A stretch of 64,000 nucleotides of DNA. Source: Pirellulales bacterium. GTDB lineage: Bacteria; Planctomycetota; Planctomycetia; Pirellulales; PALSA-1355. Positions 50,626 through 60,818 of the stretch are shown here, in pieces; the first letter of the stretch is position 1, and each line of letters begins with the position of its first letter. The position numbers were made by a program, and so were the translations under genes. The stretch is taken from positions 160,001 to 224,000 of the forward strand of contig CAVTBU010000005.1 in assembly GCA_963733035.1 (NCBI GenBank), given 5' to 3'. The notes under the pieces were generated by a model. The model was not told the origin of the DNA, ran no database searches, and was given only the letters and a program-made list of their open reading frames with translations.

Positions 50626-52089
50626 ATGCAATTGGAACTTGTGCTCAGTAATGATCCTCGCGTGCTGCCCAGCGTGCGGGCTTTTGCCAGTGAAACGCTC
50701 CGCCAATTGCCGCTGGACATTGCCGACTCGGCGGCACTCGAAAAACTGATGCTCGGCGCCGTCGCAGACGCTGTGGCCAATGCCTATCGTGAAGGCGACG
50801 AGGGCTCGATCAAGCTTTCGATATCTGACACGCATGGCAGGCTGGAAATCCTGGTGCGCGACTATGGCATGCCCCAGGACGTGGAGCAATTGGAACGGCG
50901 ACTACATGAGCCCGACGCTGGCGGAGGCCGTCTGTATGGTTGTCCCGTCGAACGTCTCGACGAAGTGCACTGGCTGGCATACGGGCCCGAGGGTAAGTCG
51001 CTGCAGGTTCGCAAGTGGCTGCACGGCGAAAGCGTGGCCGAAGGAGCGGATGCCGAGACTTTGACTCCCTTCACGAAAGATAGTCCACTCGCGCCACCGC
51101 AGCAATACGAGGTGCGCCGCATGCTCCCTGGCGAAGCGGTGCAAGTATCGCAGTTGATGTATCGCACCTACGGCAGCACTTATTTCAATCCCGACGTGTA
51201 CTATCCGGCGCGGGTGGCCGCACACAATGCCAACGGCTCGGTTGTTTCGTTCGTCGCTTGTACACAAGACGGCTATGTGGCCGGCCACAGCGCGCTCGAA
51301 TTAAACCAGCCCGGACCCGTGGCCGAGACAGGACAGGCGGCAGTCGATCCGGCCCACCGTGGTCGTGGATTGTTGAGCCGAATGAAAGAACTCTCGCTCG
51401 AAGAGGCCCGGCGACGCCAATTGGTCGGCTGGTATTCCGACGCCGTGGCAGTGCACACGCTCACCCAGAAGACCAACGTCGATCATGGCGGCCGTTTGAC
51501 CGGCGTGGATTTGGCCGTTTCACCCAAGACGGAGCAATTCAGCGGCTTTGACGACCAGCCACAACGTGTGACGTGTCTCCTTTACTTTCACTGGTTACAG
51601 ACGCCTGCCGTGCGCAAGTTGTACTTGCCGCAGTGGCATCAAGAAATGGTCGGATCGATCTACCAACGGCTCGAATGTCCGATTGAGTTTGTCGCAGGAG
51701 CCGTGCCTGAGGGACACGGTACGCTGGCCGTGAAAGTGGACCCGGCAGCCGGCACGGCCTTTGTCCGCGCCGATCGATTGGGGGCGGACACAGTACACGC
51801 GGTGCGCCATGCCAAGCGAGAACTTGTCGAACGTTCGGCCGCGGCCGCGGTCTTTGTGGAATTGCCGTTGGACGATCCAGGCACGGCATCGGTGATGACG
51901 GATCTCGAACAGTACGGTTTTGCATTTACCGGCATTGCCCCACACTTCTCCCCGCGAGGTGATTTGGTCCGAATGGCATACCTGGTCGAACCCCTCCAGC
52001 GTGAGCCCATCAAGACCTTCGACGCCGACGCGGCCGAGCTAGTCGAATATGTCCTTGCCGAGCAGGCACGGATCAGCCAGTCTCTCTAG
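50626..52089 (+). CDS. RsbW-like HATPase_c - GNAT acetyltransferase fusion
   Basis: N-terminal DAVANAY...VRDYG (N and G1 boxes); central AAVDPAHRGRGL acetyl-CoA motif; extra C-terminal domain. Confidence 0.78.
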   Translation: MQLELVLSNDPRVLPSVRAFASETLRQLPLDIADSAALEKLMLGAVADAVANAYREGDEGSIKLSISDTHGRLEILVRDYGMPQDVEQLERRLHEPDAGGGRLYGCPVERLDEVHWLAYGPEGKSLQVRKWLHGESVAEGADAETLTPFTKDSPLAPPQQYEVRRMLPGEAVQVSQLMYRTYGSTYFNPDVYYPARVAAHNANGSVVSFVACTQDGYVAGHSALELNQPGPVAETGQAAVDPAHRGRGLLSRMKELSLEEARRRQLVGWYSDAVAVHTLTQKTNVDHGGRLTGVDLAVSPKTEQFSGFDDQPQRVTCLLYFHWLQTPAVRKLYLPQWHQEMVGSIYQRLECPIEFVAGAVPEGHGTLAVKVDPAAGTAFVRADRLGADTVHAVRHAKRELVERSAAAAVFVELPLDDPGTASVMTDLEQYGFAFTGIAPHFSPRGDLVRMAYLVEPLQREPIKTFDADAAELVEYVLAEQARISQSL

Positions 52090-52206
52090 GTGACCGGATT
52101 CGGCGTGGCTCGAAAGTATCGCTTGCGTTGATGGGCCCCGGCGACTACTTATGGGGATAGCTTCCCGCCGAATATCCCACCGCCCGCTGTCAGGATACAT
52201 TTCGTC

Positions 52207-53856
52207 ATGCATGCCCTCATTCTTTGCCTTTCACTGCTTGCCGCTCCCAAGGATACGTTCCTGGCCTGGTCCACCGAGCAGATCGTGGCCGATCGGCTTC
52301 CCCCCTCAGAGGGCACTCGGCTGACGGATGACGAACTCGTAGCGCTGGACGCGGGAGAACCGCGAATGCCGTTTGTTGATTCGACGGTCGGACTGCGCAG
52401 TCTGGAGGGTGAATACTGGATCGGATCGCAGCATGGTTTGCAGTACCTGCCCCCAAGCGGAAACCGCTGGCGCGTGTTTCACTCGCGCCGTTGGCTGCCA
52501 GACAACAAAGTACTCAACCTTGCCTTGGCGCCTGATGGCGCGCTATTTGTCGAGACCCCCGCGGGCATCGTCAAGATCGTGCGCCGCCCCCAATCGCTTG
52601 AGCAGAAGATGCTCGAGATCGACGACATGCTCCAGAAGTATCATCTTCGCAATGGTTTCGTCACTGAGATTAATCTGCCTGAACCGGGAGATCTGGCTTC
52701 CGCGCAATTGCAGTCCTCCAACGACAACGATGGCCTATGGACCAGCATCTATGTTGCCGCCGAGGCGTTTCGCTACGGCGCCACGCACGATCCGGCAGCC
52801 AAACAGAATGCCCGTCGTGCACTCGAAGCGCTGATGTTTCTGGAACGCGTGTCGACGGTACCGGGTTTTGTTGCTCGCAGCGCGGTCCCGATTGACGAGG
52901 ATCCGAGGCCGCACGGCGGCGAGTGGTATCGTTCGGCCGATGGAAAGTGGTGGTGGAAGGCCGACACGTCAAGCGACGAGGTCGTGGGTCACTATTTTGC
53001 CTACCAGATCTACTACGACGTGGCCGCCGACGCGCGGGAGAAAGAGGAAATCCGCGGCTACGTCGAACGGATTACGGATAACATTCTCGACCATGGGCTG
53101 TACTACGTCGGGCCACCGGGTAGGCCAACCACCTGGGGCGTCTGGGCGCCGGAGGGACTGAATCACGACTTGCGGCGGATCGGCGACCGGGGACTCAATT
53201 CGCTCGAGATTCTCTCGCACTTGAAAGTCGCCGAGCACATCGTCGGCAAGCCGCGCTATACGGAGAAGATCAACGAACTCGTTCGAGACCATGGCTACGC
53301 GACGAACACGGTGCAGCAGAAGCGGATTTGGCCAGCGTGGCTCGTCAACCACAGCGACGATGAACTGGCCTTCCTGTCGTACTATCCTCTGTTAATCCTC
53401 GAACGCGATCCGCATCTGCGGAAGGTCTACCTCGCCAGCCTTCGGCGCTCGTGGCAAATCGAGCGGCCCGAGAAGAGTCCGCTGTTCAATCTGATCTATG
53501 GTGCCGCGCTGCAGGCAAGTCACTGGACCAACCCGCTCCGGCGACCGGACCAGCCGTATGTCGATCCAGTCGACTATGACCAGGAAGTCTGCCTGGAATG
53601 GTTTCGCGATGTCCCTTCCGACACGATTAGCTGGACCGTGAGCAACGCGCATCGTCGCGACGTCACGATCGTGGGGAACAACCGAGCGCGGCGAGCGCGC
53701 GGCGATACCGTACTGCCCGTATCCGAACGGCGCGTGATGCGCTGGAACGGCGATCCTTACACGCTCGACGGCGGCAACGGGGGGCGAGACCGCGACGATG
53801 GGGCGGCCATTTTGCTTCCCTATTGGATGGGGCGATATCACTTGCTGATTAACTAA
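52207..53856 (+). CDS. Secreted hypothetical protein: short propeller segment plus a probable alpha/alpha-toroid glycosidase-like domain
   Basis: RWLPDNKV propeller segment; DNDGLWTSIY, WWWKADTSSDE..GH, NHSDDELAFL, LLPYWMGRY. Confidence 0.65.
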   Translation: MHALILCLSLLAAPKDTFLAWSTEQIVADRLPPSEGTRLTDDELVALDAGEPRMPFVDSTVGLRSLEGEYWIGSQHGLQYLPPSGNRWRVFHSRRWLPDNKVLNLALAPDGALFVETPAGIVKIVRRPQSLEQKMLEIDDMLQKYHLRNGFVTEINLPEPGDLASAQLQSSNDNDGLWTSIYVAAEAFRYGATHDPAAKQNARRALEALMFLERVSTVPGFVARSAVPIDEDPRPHGGEWYRSADGKWWWKADTSSDEVVGHYFAYQIYYDVAADAREKEEIRGYVERITDNILDHGLYYVGPPGRPTTWGVWAPEGLNHDLRRIGDRGLNSLEILSHLKVAEHIVGKPRYTEKINELVRDHGYATNTVQQKRIWPAWLVNHSDDELAFLSYYPLLILERDPHLRKVYLASLRRSWQIERPEKSPLFNLIYGAALQASHWTNPLRRPDQPYVDPVDYDQEVCLEWFRDVPSDTISWTVSNAHRRDVTIVGNNRARRARGDTVLPVSERRVMRWNGDPYTLDGGNGGRDRDDGAAILLPYWMGRYHLLIN

Positions 53857-53994
53857 AGTTTACGGAGTCGCCTAACGTCTTCTCGAAACGGTTCGTAGAG
53901 TTCCAAAACCGATTCCATCGGTGATACCGGCGGCTGTGCCGGCGAACCAGGGATCCAGCGCATTGTCCAACAGGTATCGCAATCGCTACGAATT

Positions 53995-55422
53995 ATGAAT
54001 CGCTTCACCGTTTCAATCGTACTTGTTCAAATGAGTTTTGCCTGCACGCTTACCGCCCAGGATGCCGCGCGGCAATGCTCGGTCCGCGAGTTCGGTGCCG
54101 TCGGAGATGGCGTGGCCGACGACACGGTGGCGATTCAACGTGCAGTCGACGCTGGACATGGGCTGGTGCGGTTTCCGCCGGGGCGATATCGAATCACCGA
54201 ACCGATCCTCGTGGAGCTCGACAAAGTTGGCTATTCGGCCATTGCCGGCGAGGCCGCGGCGCAGATCATCATGGCCGGCCCTGGCCCCGCGCTGCGGTTC
54301 GTCGGAACGCACGAGGGCACGGCCGCACCCAATACGTTCCAGCCGAACGTCTGGCAGCGGCAGCGCACGCCAGCCGTGGATGGCGTGGAAATCCTCGGTC
54401 GACATGCCGACGCTTGCGGCATCGAAGCGACCGGAACGATGCAACTCACGTTGACCCGACTTGTCGTGCGAGAGGCCTTGCACGCGGTGCATCTGGTGCA
54501 GCGCAACCGCAACGTGACGCTGTCGGAATGCAATCTCTACGACAACCATGGAATTGGCGTGTATTTAGATGGCGTGAATCTCCACCAGATCAACATCGCC
54601 AATTGCCACATCAGCTATAACGACGGTGGCGGCGTGGTCGTTCGCAACAGCGAGCTGCGCAACCTGCAAATCGGCACCTGCGACATCGAAGCGAACATGG
54701 GCGGTTCCGATTCCAAACCAACCGCAAACGTGCTGCTTGACTCGACGGGCGGTTCGGTGGCCGAAGTGACCATCGTCGGCTGTACAATCCAACACGCGCA
54801 CAACGCCCCCAACTCAGCGAATATTCGGATCAACGGCCGGTCCGTGCCGCGCCCCAATACCGACGAACTTCGTCACGGGCACGTCACGATTGCCGACAAC
54901 GTTCTGTCAGACGTGCGGGTGAACCTCGACCTGGTCAACGTACGCGGCGCCACGATCACCGGCAACACAATGTGGCAAGGCTACACGCACAACCTGACGG
55001 CCACGAATTGTGCGAACGTCGTCTTCTCCCACAATGTCTGCGAGCGCAATCCCCGGTATCACACCGGCGATGCGGCCGACGCGAAGCTGGGACTGGTGCT
55101 TACCGACTGCAACGGCTGGACGCTTACCGGCAATCATTTGCAAGGAATTGATTGCCAGCCCGCGGCCCTGGTATTGCGCAACTGCAATCGCATGAACCTG
55201 ACCGGCAATACGATTCTCGACTTTGGCCCCTGCGGCCTGCTGCTCGATAAGGTCACCAATAGCCGGGTATCCGACTCCTTAATCCAGGGCGAGCGAGAAG
55301 TTCGCACGACACTCAAATTGAGTGGCGGCCATGGCAATCAGATTGTCGACAACCTGTTCAGTGATGAGGCACACATTGAAGAAGGCACCGGCGTCGCGAA
55401 AGACAACATGGTTGTCCACTAG
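53995..55422 (+). CDS. Secreted right-handed parallel beta-helix protein (pectate lyase 3-like N-terminus)
   Basis: SVREFGAVGDGVADDTVAIQRAVD...FPPGRYRI; Asn-ladder repeats. Confidence 0.85.
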   Translation: MNRFTVSIVLVQMSFACTLTAQDAARQCSVREFGAVGDGVADDTVAIQRAVDAGHGLVRFPPGRYRITEPILVELDKVGYSAIAGEAAAQIIMAGPGPALRFVGTHEGTAAPNTFQPNVWQRQRTPAVDGVEILGRHADACGIEATGTMQLTLTRLVVREALHAVHLVQRNRNVTLSECNLYDNHGIGVYLDGVNLHQINIANCHISYNDGGGVVVRNSELRNLQIGTCDIEANMGGSDSKPTANVLLDSTGGSVAEVTIVGCTIQHAHNAPNSANIRINGRSVPRPNTDELRHGHVTIADNVLSDVRVNLDLVNVRGATITGNTMWQGYTHNLTATNCANVVFSHNVCERNPRYHTGDAADAKLGLVLTDCNGWTLTGNHLQGIDCQPAALVLRNCNRMNLTGNTILDFGPCGLLLDKVTNSRVSDSLIQGEREVRTTLKLSGGHGNQIVDNLFSDEAHIEEGTGVAKDNMVVH

Positions 55423-55439
55423 CCGGAAGCCGAAAGCGG

Positions 55440-56966
55440 CTAGGCCAGCGCCGCCCGGGTTCGTTCCACCAGTTTGTTGTCGCGGCCGCCGCTGCCCCGG
55501 AGGTTGAACACGCTCGAGGCGAGGAACTGGCCGCGGTACTGCGGCGAGACGTGCTTGTAATCTTCCAGCACCGCACTACTGAACTTGTAGTCGTGGGCGT
55601 TCGTACCCTTCAGGAAAATTAGCACCCGCGCGGCGTCGATGAACTCTTGCGGATTGGGATGCGACTGCACATAGGCCAGCGTCTTGCCGGCGGCGGTCAT
55701 CTTGTTCTGGCTGATGTCCGCGAAGATCTCCTCGACGGCTTTGGATGGGTCGGCCGCAAGCGCACCCGGCTGCAACTCGTCGAGCTTTTGATCGCCGACC
55801 TTGCCGCGATCTCCCATCGCTTCGCGGAACATCGGCAAGAACGCGGCATTCTGTAATAGCAACATCCTCCGCGTGTCGTCGCTGTCGCTGGTTCCCCACG
55901 CATATCGCAGGGCGTTGGTCGTCGTGACCGCGTGCAGCGCCACAATGCCCGGCTTGCGCACCAGGAGTTCGCCGGCACCCAACAGCATTGCGTCCCATAT
56001 CGATTGCGGGGCCACACCGCGATTGATCAGTTCGATCGCTTTCTCGCACGACTGGTTTTCGTCGGCTTCGCGCAGCGCGGCTCGCATGTCGCTGGTGGCT
56101 GCGTCGTCGGGCCGGCCTTCGAGCCAATTGCCGTTGATGGACTTGGCACGCTCGAGATTCAACCGCCAGGGCCGGTCGGCCTGCTCGTCGCTCTTTGCCG
56201 GGTTCGGACCATCGTGCTGCAACAGTGCGTACGCGAGCGACCGCAACACCGGCTCGGTGTGCTGGCTTCCGATGCAATTCAGCGTCCGCAGGCTGTTGGA
56301 GACAAAGATCGCCTTGTGACCGATATCGCGAAAATCGCGGGCGCCGTAACGGAACATCAACTCGAAGATCTCGCTCGTTCCAGCGGAGCGTGCCAGTCCG
56401 GCCGCTGCCGCGTCGGTGGCTGCCTCGTCCCAGCCGTCCATAGCCTCGACCAGCGCCGCCTTGGCCCTGTGCGCCTTCGGCACGGCCGATTCGTCGACGG
56501 CGCCCATGGTCCAGTCGCCCTCTCGGACATCGTCTTCCTGTGCGTCCTTGAAGTAGTCCAATGCCCAAAAAATCGGCAGCCAACGATGCTCGGGCGGCGA
56601 GGCCAGGCTGGCCAGGTGTGCCGAATTGACGACCAACACCGCGTGGAACTTGAAGCCCACGTGCGGTCGCGGTTGCACGTTGCGAACGCCGGCCAGCAGC
56701 AGTGCCGCCAGCAGTTCCTGGTAGTTCAACCCCGCATGAATTCGACCGGCCACAACCTCGAGCAACTGGGCGCGCGGCGTGTCTTCGAGCAACCGCACGA
56801 GTGGTTCAATGTCGGAGTCCAGCTGCACACGATTGGGCTGAGGCGTCGCGTCGGCGGCGCTCACCGGCGCAAGATGCGACAGAAAGCTCAGGTCGCCCAA
56901 GCCGGCTAGGGCTCCGGCAGATGTCGCGGTTTGCAAGAAATGTCGCCGTGAATTCCCCTTTGCCAT
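55440..56966 (-). CDS. Tat-exported all-helical hypothetical protein
   Basis: GAGG RBS; SRRHFL Tat motif; long ORF with repeated His-led helices. Confidence 0.78.
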   Translation of the reverse strand: MAKGNSRRHFLQTATSAGALAGLGDLSFLSHLAPVSAADATPQPNRVQLDSDIEPLVRLLEDTPRAQLLEVVAGRIHAGLNYQELLAALLLAGVRNVQPRPHVGFKFHAVLVVNSAHLASLASPPEHRWLPIFWALDYFKDAQEDDVREGDWTMGAVDESAVPKAHRAKAALVEAMDGWDEAATDAAAAGLARSAGTSEIFELMFRYGARDFRDIGHKAIFVSNSLRTLNCIGSQHTEPVLRSLAYALLQHDGPNPAKSDEQADRPWRLNLERAKSINGNWLEGRPDDAATSDMRAALREADENQSCEKAIELINRGVAPQSIWDAMLLGAGELLVRKPGIVALHAVTTTNALRYAWGTSDSDDTRRMLLLQNAAFLPMFREAMGDRGKVGDQKLDELQPGALAADPSKAVEEIFADISQNKMTAAGKTLAYVQSHPNPQEFIDAARVLIFLKGTNAHDYKFSSAVLEDYKHVSPQYRGQFLASSVFNLRGSGGRDNKLVERTRAALA

Positions 56967-57169
56967 GGCGCCGCCCTCCTCAGTGGATTTCGCCGTGAAC
57001 GTGAGCTCATGCCGCACAGGCATTATAGCGGCCTTGGCCACTCCGACCCGACGAAAAACGACCGATTCCTCGCTACCGACCGCGGTCGGCTGGACGCGTA
57101 CCGTTTTGCGGGCGACAATAGACTATCTCTCCCGTTAACCGCCTTCGTCCCATTCCCCCCCAAGCGTTG

Positions 57170-58270
57170 ATGAGTCGCCAAACCGCAGACGAGAAACGTT
57201 CCATGCGCCGCTCGCCACGGGGTGCCCGCTCGTGGCGAGGCTGGCTGTTCGCAGGTGGCATCCTGGTGCTGGTGCTGGGCGTCTTCGCGCCAGCTTTCTG
57301 GCCCACGAGTCACTCGACGGCTGAAAGTGACGTCCCCGAAATCAACACGGCCGCGGCTCCCGAGGCCGCGCCCGACAAAAACATGGTCTGGGTGCCCGGC
57401 GGTTGGTTCTGGATGGGCAACAATGGCTTTCCCGACGCTCAGCCCGAGCATCTCGTGTATGTGGATGGATTTTGGCTGGACCGGCACGAAGTGACGAACG
57501 CCGAGTACGCCAAGTTCGTCGAAGCGACCGGCTACAAGACGGTCGCGGAACTGCCCCCCAACCCCGAAGACTTTCCGGGTGCTCCGCCCGAAGTTCTAGT
57601 GCCGGGCTCGATCGTATTCTCACCGCCCGACGAGCCCGTGGCGCTCGATGATCACTTGCAATGGTGGCGCTATGTACCGGGTGCAAACTGGCGGCACCCC
57701 GAAGGTCCCGAAAGCACGATCAAGGGCCGCGAGAATCATCCGGTCGTCCATATTTCCTGGAACGACGCCAAGGCCTACGCCGACTGGGCTGGCAAGCGCC
57801 TGCCGACCGAAGCGGAATGGGAATTCGCCGCGCGCGGTGGCCTCGACAAGCAACCGTATTGTTGGGGCGACAAGCTGCGTCCCGATGGTCAGTGGCAGGT
57901 GAACATCTGGCAAGGACGCTTCCCCCTGCAGAACACGGCTGGCGACGGCTATCGCACGACCGCTCCGGTAGAAAAGTACAAACCGAACGGGTACGGACTG
58001 TACGACATGAGCGGCAACGTCTGGGAATGGTGCGCCGACTGGTACCGCCCGGACACCTACTTGCACACCACTGACAAAAACCCGACCGGCCCGCAAGACA
58101 GCTTCGATCCCGCCGAGCCGGGCATTCCAAAGCGCGTGCAGCGAGGCGGTTCGTTCATGTGCAGCGATTTGTACTGTATCCGCTATGTCCTTGGTTCGCG
58201 TGGCAAGGGTGAACCGGAAAGCGCGGCCGGCCATATCGGATTTCGCTGCGCAAAGTCGCCAGGAAAATGA
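57170..58270 (+). CDS. Formylglycine-generating enzyme (SUMF1) family protein with an N-terminal membrane anchor
   Basis: F.MG, EVTNAEY, HPVVHISWNDA, RLPTEAEWEFAARGG, GLYDMSGNVWEW, RGGSFMCSDLYC.RY, GFRC. Confidence 0.92.
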   Translation: MSRQTADEKRSMRRSPRGARSWRGWLFAGGILVLVLGVFAPAFWPTSHSTAESDVPEINTAAAPEAAPDKNMVWVPGGWFWMGNNGFPDAQPEHLVYVDGFWLDRHEVTNAEYAKFVEATGYKTVAELPPNPEDFPGAPPEVLVPGSIVFSPPDEPVALDDHLQWWRYVPGANWRHPEGPESTIKGRENHPVVHISWNDAKAYADWAGKRLPTEAEWEFAARGGLDKQPYCWGDKLRPDGQWQVNIWQGRFPLQNTAGDGYRTTAPVEKYKPNGYGLYDMSGNVWEWCADWYRPDTYLHTTDKNPTGPQDSFDPAEPGIPKRVQRGGSFMCSDLYCIRYVLGSRGKGEPESAAGHIGFRCAKSPGK

Positions 58271-58404
58271 TCTCGCTCGCACAACCACAGACTTGGCGCG
58301 CGTTTGCCCATTACCTTCAGGCTTAGGCTGTGCTTAGAATCTATGGTCAGTGGACAAGTTGCTCGCCGAATCTTCATGCCCATCGTCTCCCGCGGAGCTT
58401 CTTC

Positions 58405-60126
58405 ATGAACGCTTGCTTTCTTTCTCGCTACTTTCGGTGCGTTGGGCTGGCCGCCTTCCTGATCGTCTGGACGTGCAGCGCTGCCTGGGCCCAGGCTCCC
58501 GATGGCGAGGTCAAGCCAACCGATCCACAGCCGCCACTCAAATACCACGGCCTGGTTCCCGGCATGTCGACCGCGGCTGACGTTCGCGAGGCTCTCGGCC
58601 AGTCGATGCATGAAGCCAGGTGGTACGCTTACAAAATGCTCTTTCCGGCGGCTGGCCGCGACAATTTAATCGATTCGGTTCACCTGCACGGCAAGGACGG
58701 AGGATACTCCTCCACGGAAGCCGCGACCATACCCGCCGGTTTTGAGAGTCGCGAAAAGGTCTTGGCCGCGTTTGGCTCGCCGGAGCAAGAGATCAAGATG
58801 GCCACTTTCTCGGTTCTCGACTATACGCATCTGGGTGTGCGGTTTGTCTTCAATGTGCAAGGCGAAACCATCGGCGTCGCATACGTTCCGAACGTGCTGA
58901 CGCGTGTTCCGGACGGCGGGCCGCGCCTGCTTGACATGAGCAAGCTTCGTTCGGGACCACAACCGAGCCCCGAAAAGCCGGCGCCGGTGGGCAATCTGAA
59001 AGCCGGCACGGCCGAAGTTACCATCACGCCCAAGAAGGAATGGATGCCGCCACGCATTCGAGATGCCTTCCGCGTGCACGATGACATGCGCGCCCGCGTC
59101 GTCGTGTTTGAAAAGGACGACGTCCGCATCGCCCTCGTCGGTGCCGACTTGTTTGGCATGCTTAGGACGGACATCGATGCGATTCGCGCTCGGGCCAAGG
59201 AATCGGGCATCGACTTCCTGTTATTGGCCATGTCACATAATCATGCTGCTCCGGATACCATCGGCGTTTATGGTCACTACCCGGCCGAGTACGTCGCCTA
59301 CATCCAAGATCAAGTGCACGACGCCGTGCAGAAGGCGGTCGGCAGCTTGCAGCCCGTCAAGGAGTTTCGCACTGCGTCGCGTGAACTTCCGATGGACGGG
59401 GCACGCGTGATCGGCTACTTCCGCAATGCCCGCAACCCGGGCATTCTCGATCCAACGATTTCGATCCTGCAGCCGATTGGCGACGACGGCAAACCGATCG
59501 CCACGCTCGTGAACTTTGCTTGTCACGTGGAAGGCCTGGAAAATGGCCCCGCCGACTGCAGCGCCGATTTCCCGGGATATATGTGCGAGCAGATTCGAGC
59601 CGATGGCGGTGGCCAGGGCGTATTTCTCAACGGGGCTGTCGGCGGCATGGTCAGTGGCGATAACAATGCCCGCACGCATGACAAAGCGCAGGTGATGGGC
59701 CTCGGACTGGCAAAAATTGTGAAGGAACTGGCCACCACGGCACAACCGCCGGCCGAGTTCCACTATGGATTTACCACCAGTAAGGTCACCTTTCCGATGA
59801 CCAATCCGCGGTTTCTGCCGCTGTATGAGGCTCGTGGCGGTTTGGATGAAGGCCGAGTGACAAGCGAAATGGCGCTAATCAGGCTGGGTGAGGCGGAATT
59901 GATTACCCTGCCCGGCGAGGTTCTCCCCGAGGTGAGCTTCGAAATCCTCCAGCAGATGAAGGGCTTTCCGCGCATCCTGGTCGGATTGGCGAACGATCAG
60001 CTGGGCTATATCATTCCAGAATACGACTTCCGGTCGAACAGCTACGAAGAGACGATGTCGCAAGGTAAGGCAACGGCCGCAGCGGTACGCGATACGGCCC
60101 TGAAACTGCTCGCCGAAGAAAATTAG
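58405..60126 (+). CDS. Secreted neutral/alkaline ceramidase-like protein with an extra N-terminal region
   Basis: VHDDMRAR, SHNHAAPD, NFACHVE, SADFPG, FLNGAVGG, LPGE..PE, GLANDQLGYIIP, YEETMS. Confidence 0.72.
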   Translation: MNACFLSRYFRCVGLAAFLIVWTCSAAWAQAPDGEVKPTDPQPPLKYHGLVPGMSTAADVREALGQSMHEARWYAYKMLFPAAGRDNLIDSVHLHGKDGGYSSTEAATIPAGFESREKVLAAFGSPEQEIKMATFSVLDYTHLGVRFVFNVQGETIGVAYVPNVLTRVPDGGPRLLDMSKLRSGPQPSPEKPAPVGNLKAGTAEVTITPKKEWMPPRIRDAFRVHDDMRARVVVFEKDDVRIALVGADLFGMLRTDIDAIRARAKESGIDFLLLAMSHNHAAPDTIGVYGHYPAEYVAYIQDQVHDAVQKAVGSLQPVKEFRTASRELPMDGARVIGYFRNARNPGILDPTISILQPIGDDGKPIATLVNFACHVEGLENGPADCSADFPGYMCEQIRADGGGQGVFLNGAVGGMVSGDNNARTHDKAQVMGLGLAKIVKELATTAQPPAEFHYGFTTSKVTFPMTNPRFLPLYEARGGLDEGRVTSEMALIRLGEAELITLPGEVLPEVSFEILQQMKGFPRILVGLANDQLGYIIPEYDFRSNSYEETMSQGKATAAAVRDTALKLLAEEN

Positions 60127-60137
60127 CCTTGGTGCGA

Positions 60138-60179
60138 TTGCACAACCGGCCGGGAGCGGATACTTTGGATTGCAAAGCA
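60138..60179 (+). promoter_or_regulatory. Promoter with overlapping wHTH operator, copy 1
   Basis: TTGCAC, 17 nt, TACTTT; TACTTTGGATTGCAAAGCA at 60161-60179 (CTTTG-N5-CAAAG). Confidence 0.7.
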
Positions 60180-60212
60180 CCTTTGCGCTTTCGTTAAGCA
60201 AAAGGCCCGCGC

Positions 60213-60818
60213 ATGGAACTTCGCGAAGCACTCACGCAGATCGCCGAAATCCGTCGGCAGATGGCCAAGAGCGACGTGTTCCGGGGTTACCGCTCGGCTC
60301 CGGTCGCGGTGTCGGGGGCACTGGCGCTTTCGGCAGCGATTGCTCAGCCCTACGTCGTGCCTGATCCGACGGCCGACATCATGGCGTATCTATCGCTTTG
60401 GATCGGTATGGCCCTGCTGAGCGTCGCGGCCGTGGCCGTGGAGATGGGAGTGCGGATGTATTGGACCCACGATTGGGCCTATCTCGAGCCTACGCGTTTG
60501 GCGGTGGAGCAATTCATTCCGCCGATGATTGCCGGCATCTTGCTGACGGTCGTTCTGGTGCGCAATGCCCCTGAAAATATCGCGCTGCTACCCGGGCTGT
60601 GGCAGATTCTGTTTAGCCTGGGCATCTTTGCTTCGGCGCGCTTGTTGCCGCGCCCCATCTTCGCAGTGGCCGGTTTGTATTTGATGACGGGTATTATTGT
60701 CGTCATCTGGGCAAAGGGCGAATTCTCCCTCGAGCCCTGGTGTATGGGTGTACCGTTTGCGGTGGGTCAGTTTTCGGCCGCGGCGATTCTTTTTTGGACC
60801 TTGGAGCGACGAGGATGA
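60213..60818 (+). CDS. Integral membrane protein (about 6 TM) paired with a wHTH regulator
   Basis: MELREALTQIAEIRRQM amphipathic start followed by several hydrophobic helices; ATGA overlap with the regulator. Confidence 0.8.
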   Translation: MELREALTQIAEIRRQMAKSDVFRGYRSAPVAVSGALALSAAIAQPYVVPDPTADIMAYLSLWIGMALLSVAAVAVEMGVRMYWTHDWAYLEPTRLAVEQFIPPMIAGILLTVVLVRNAPENIALLPGLWQILFSLGIFASARLLPRPIFAVAGLYLMTGIIVVIWAKGEFSLEPWCMGVPFAVGQFSAAAILFWTLERRG

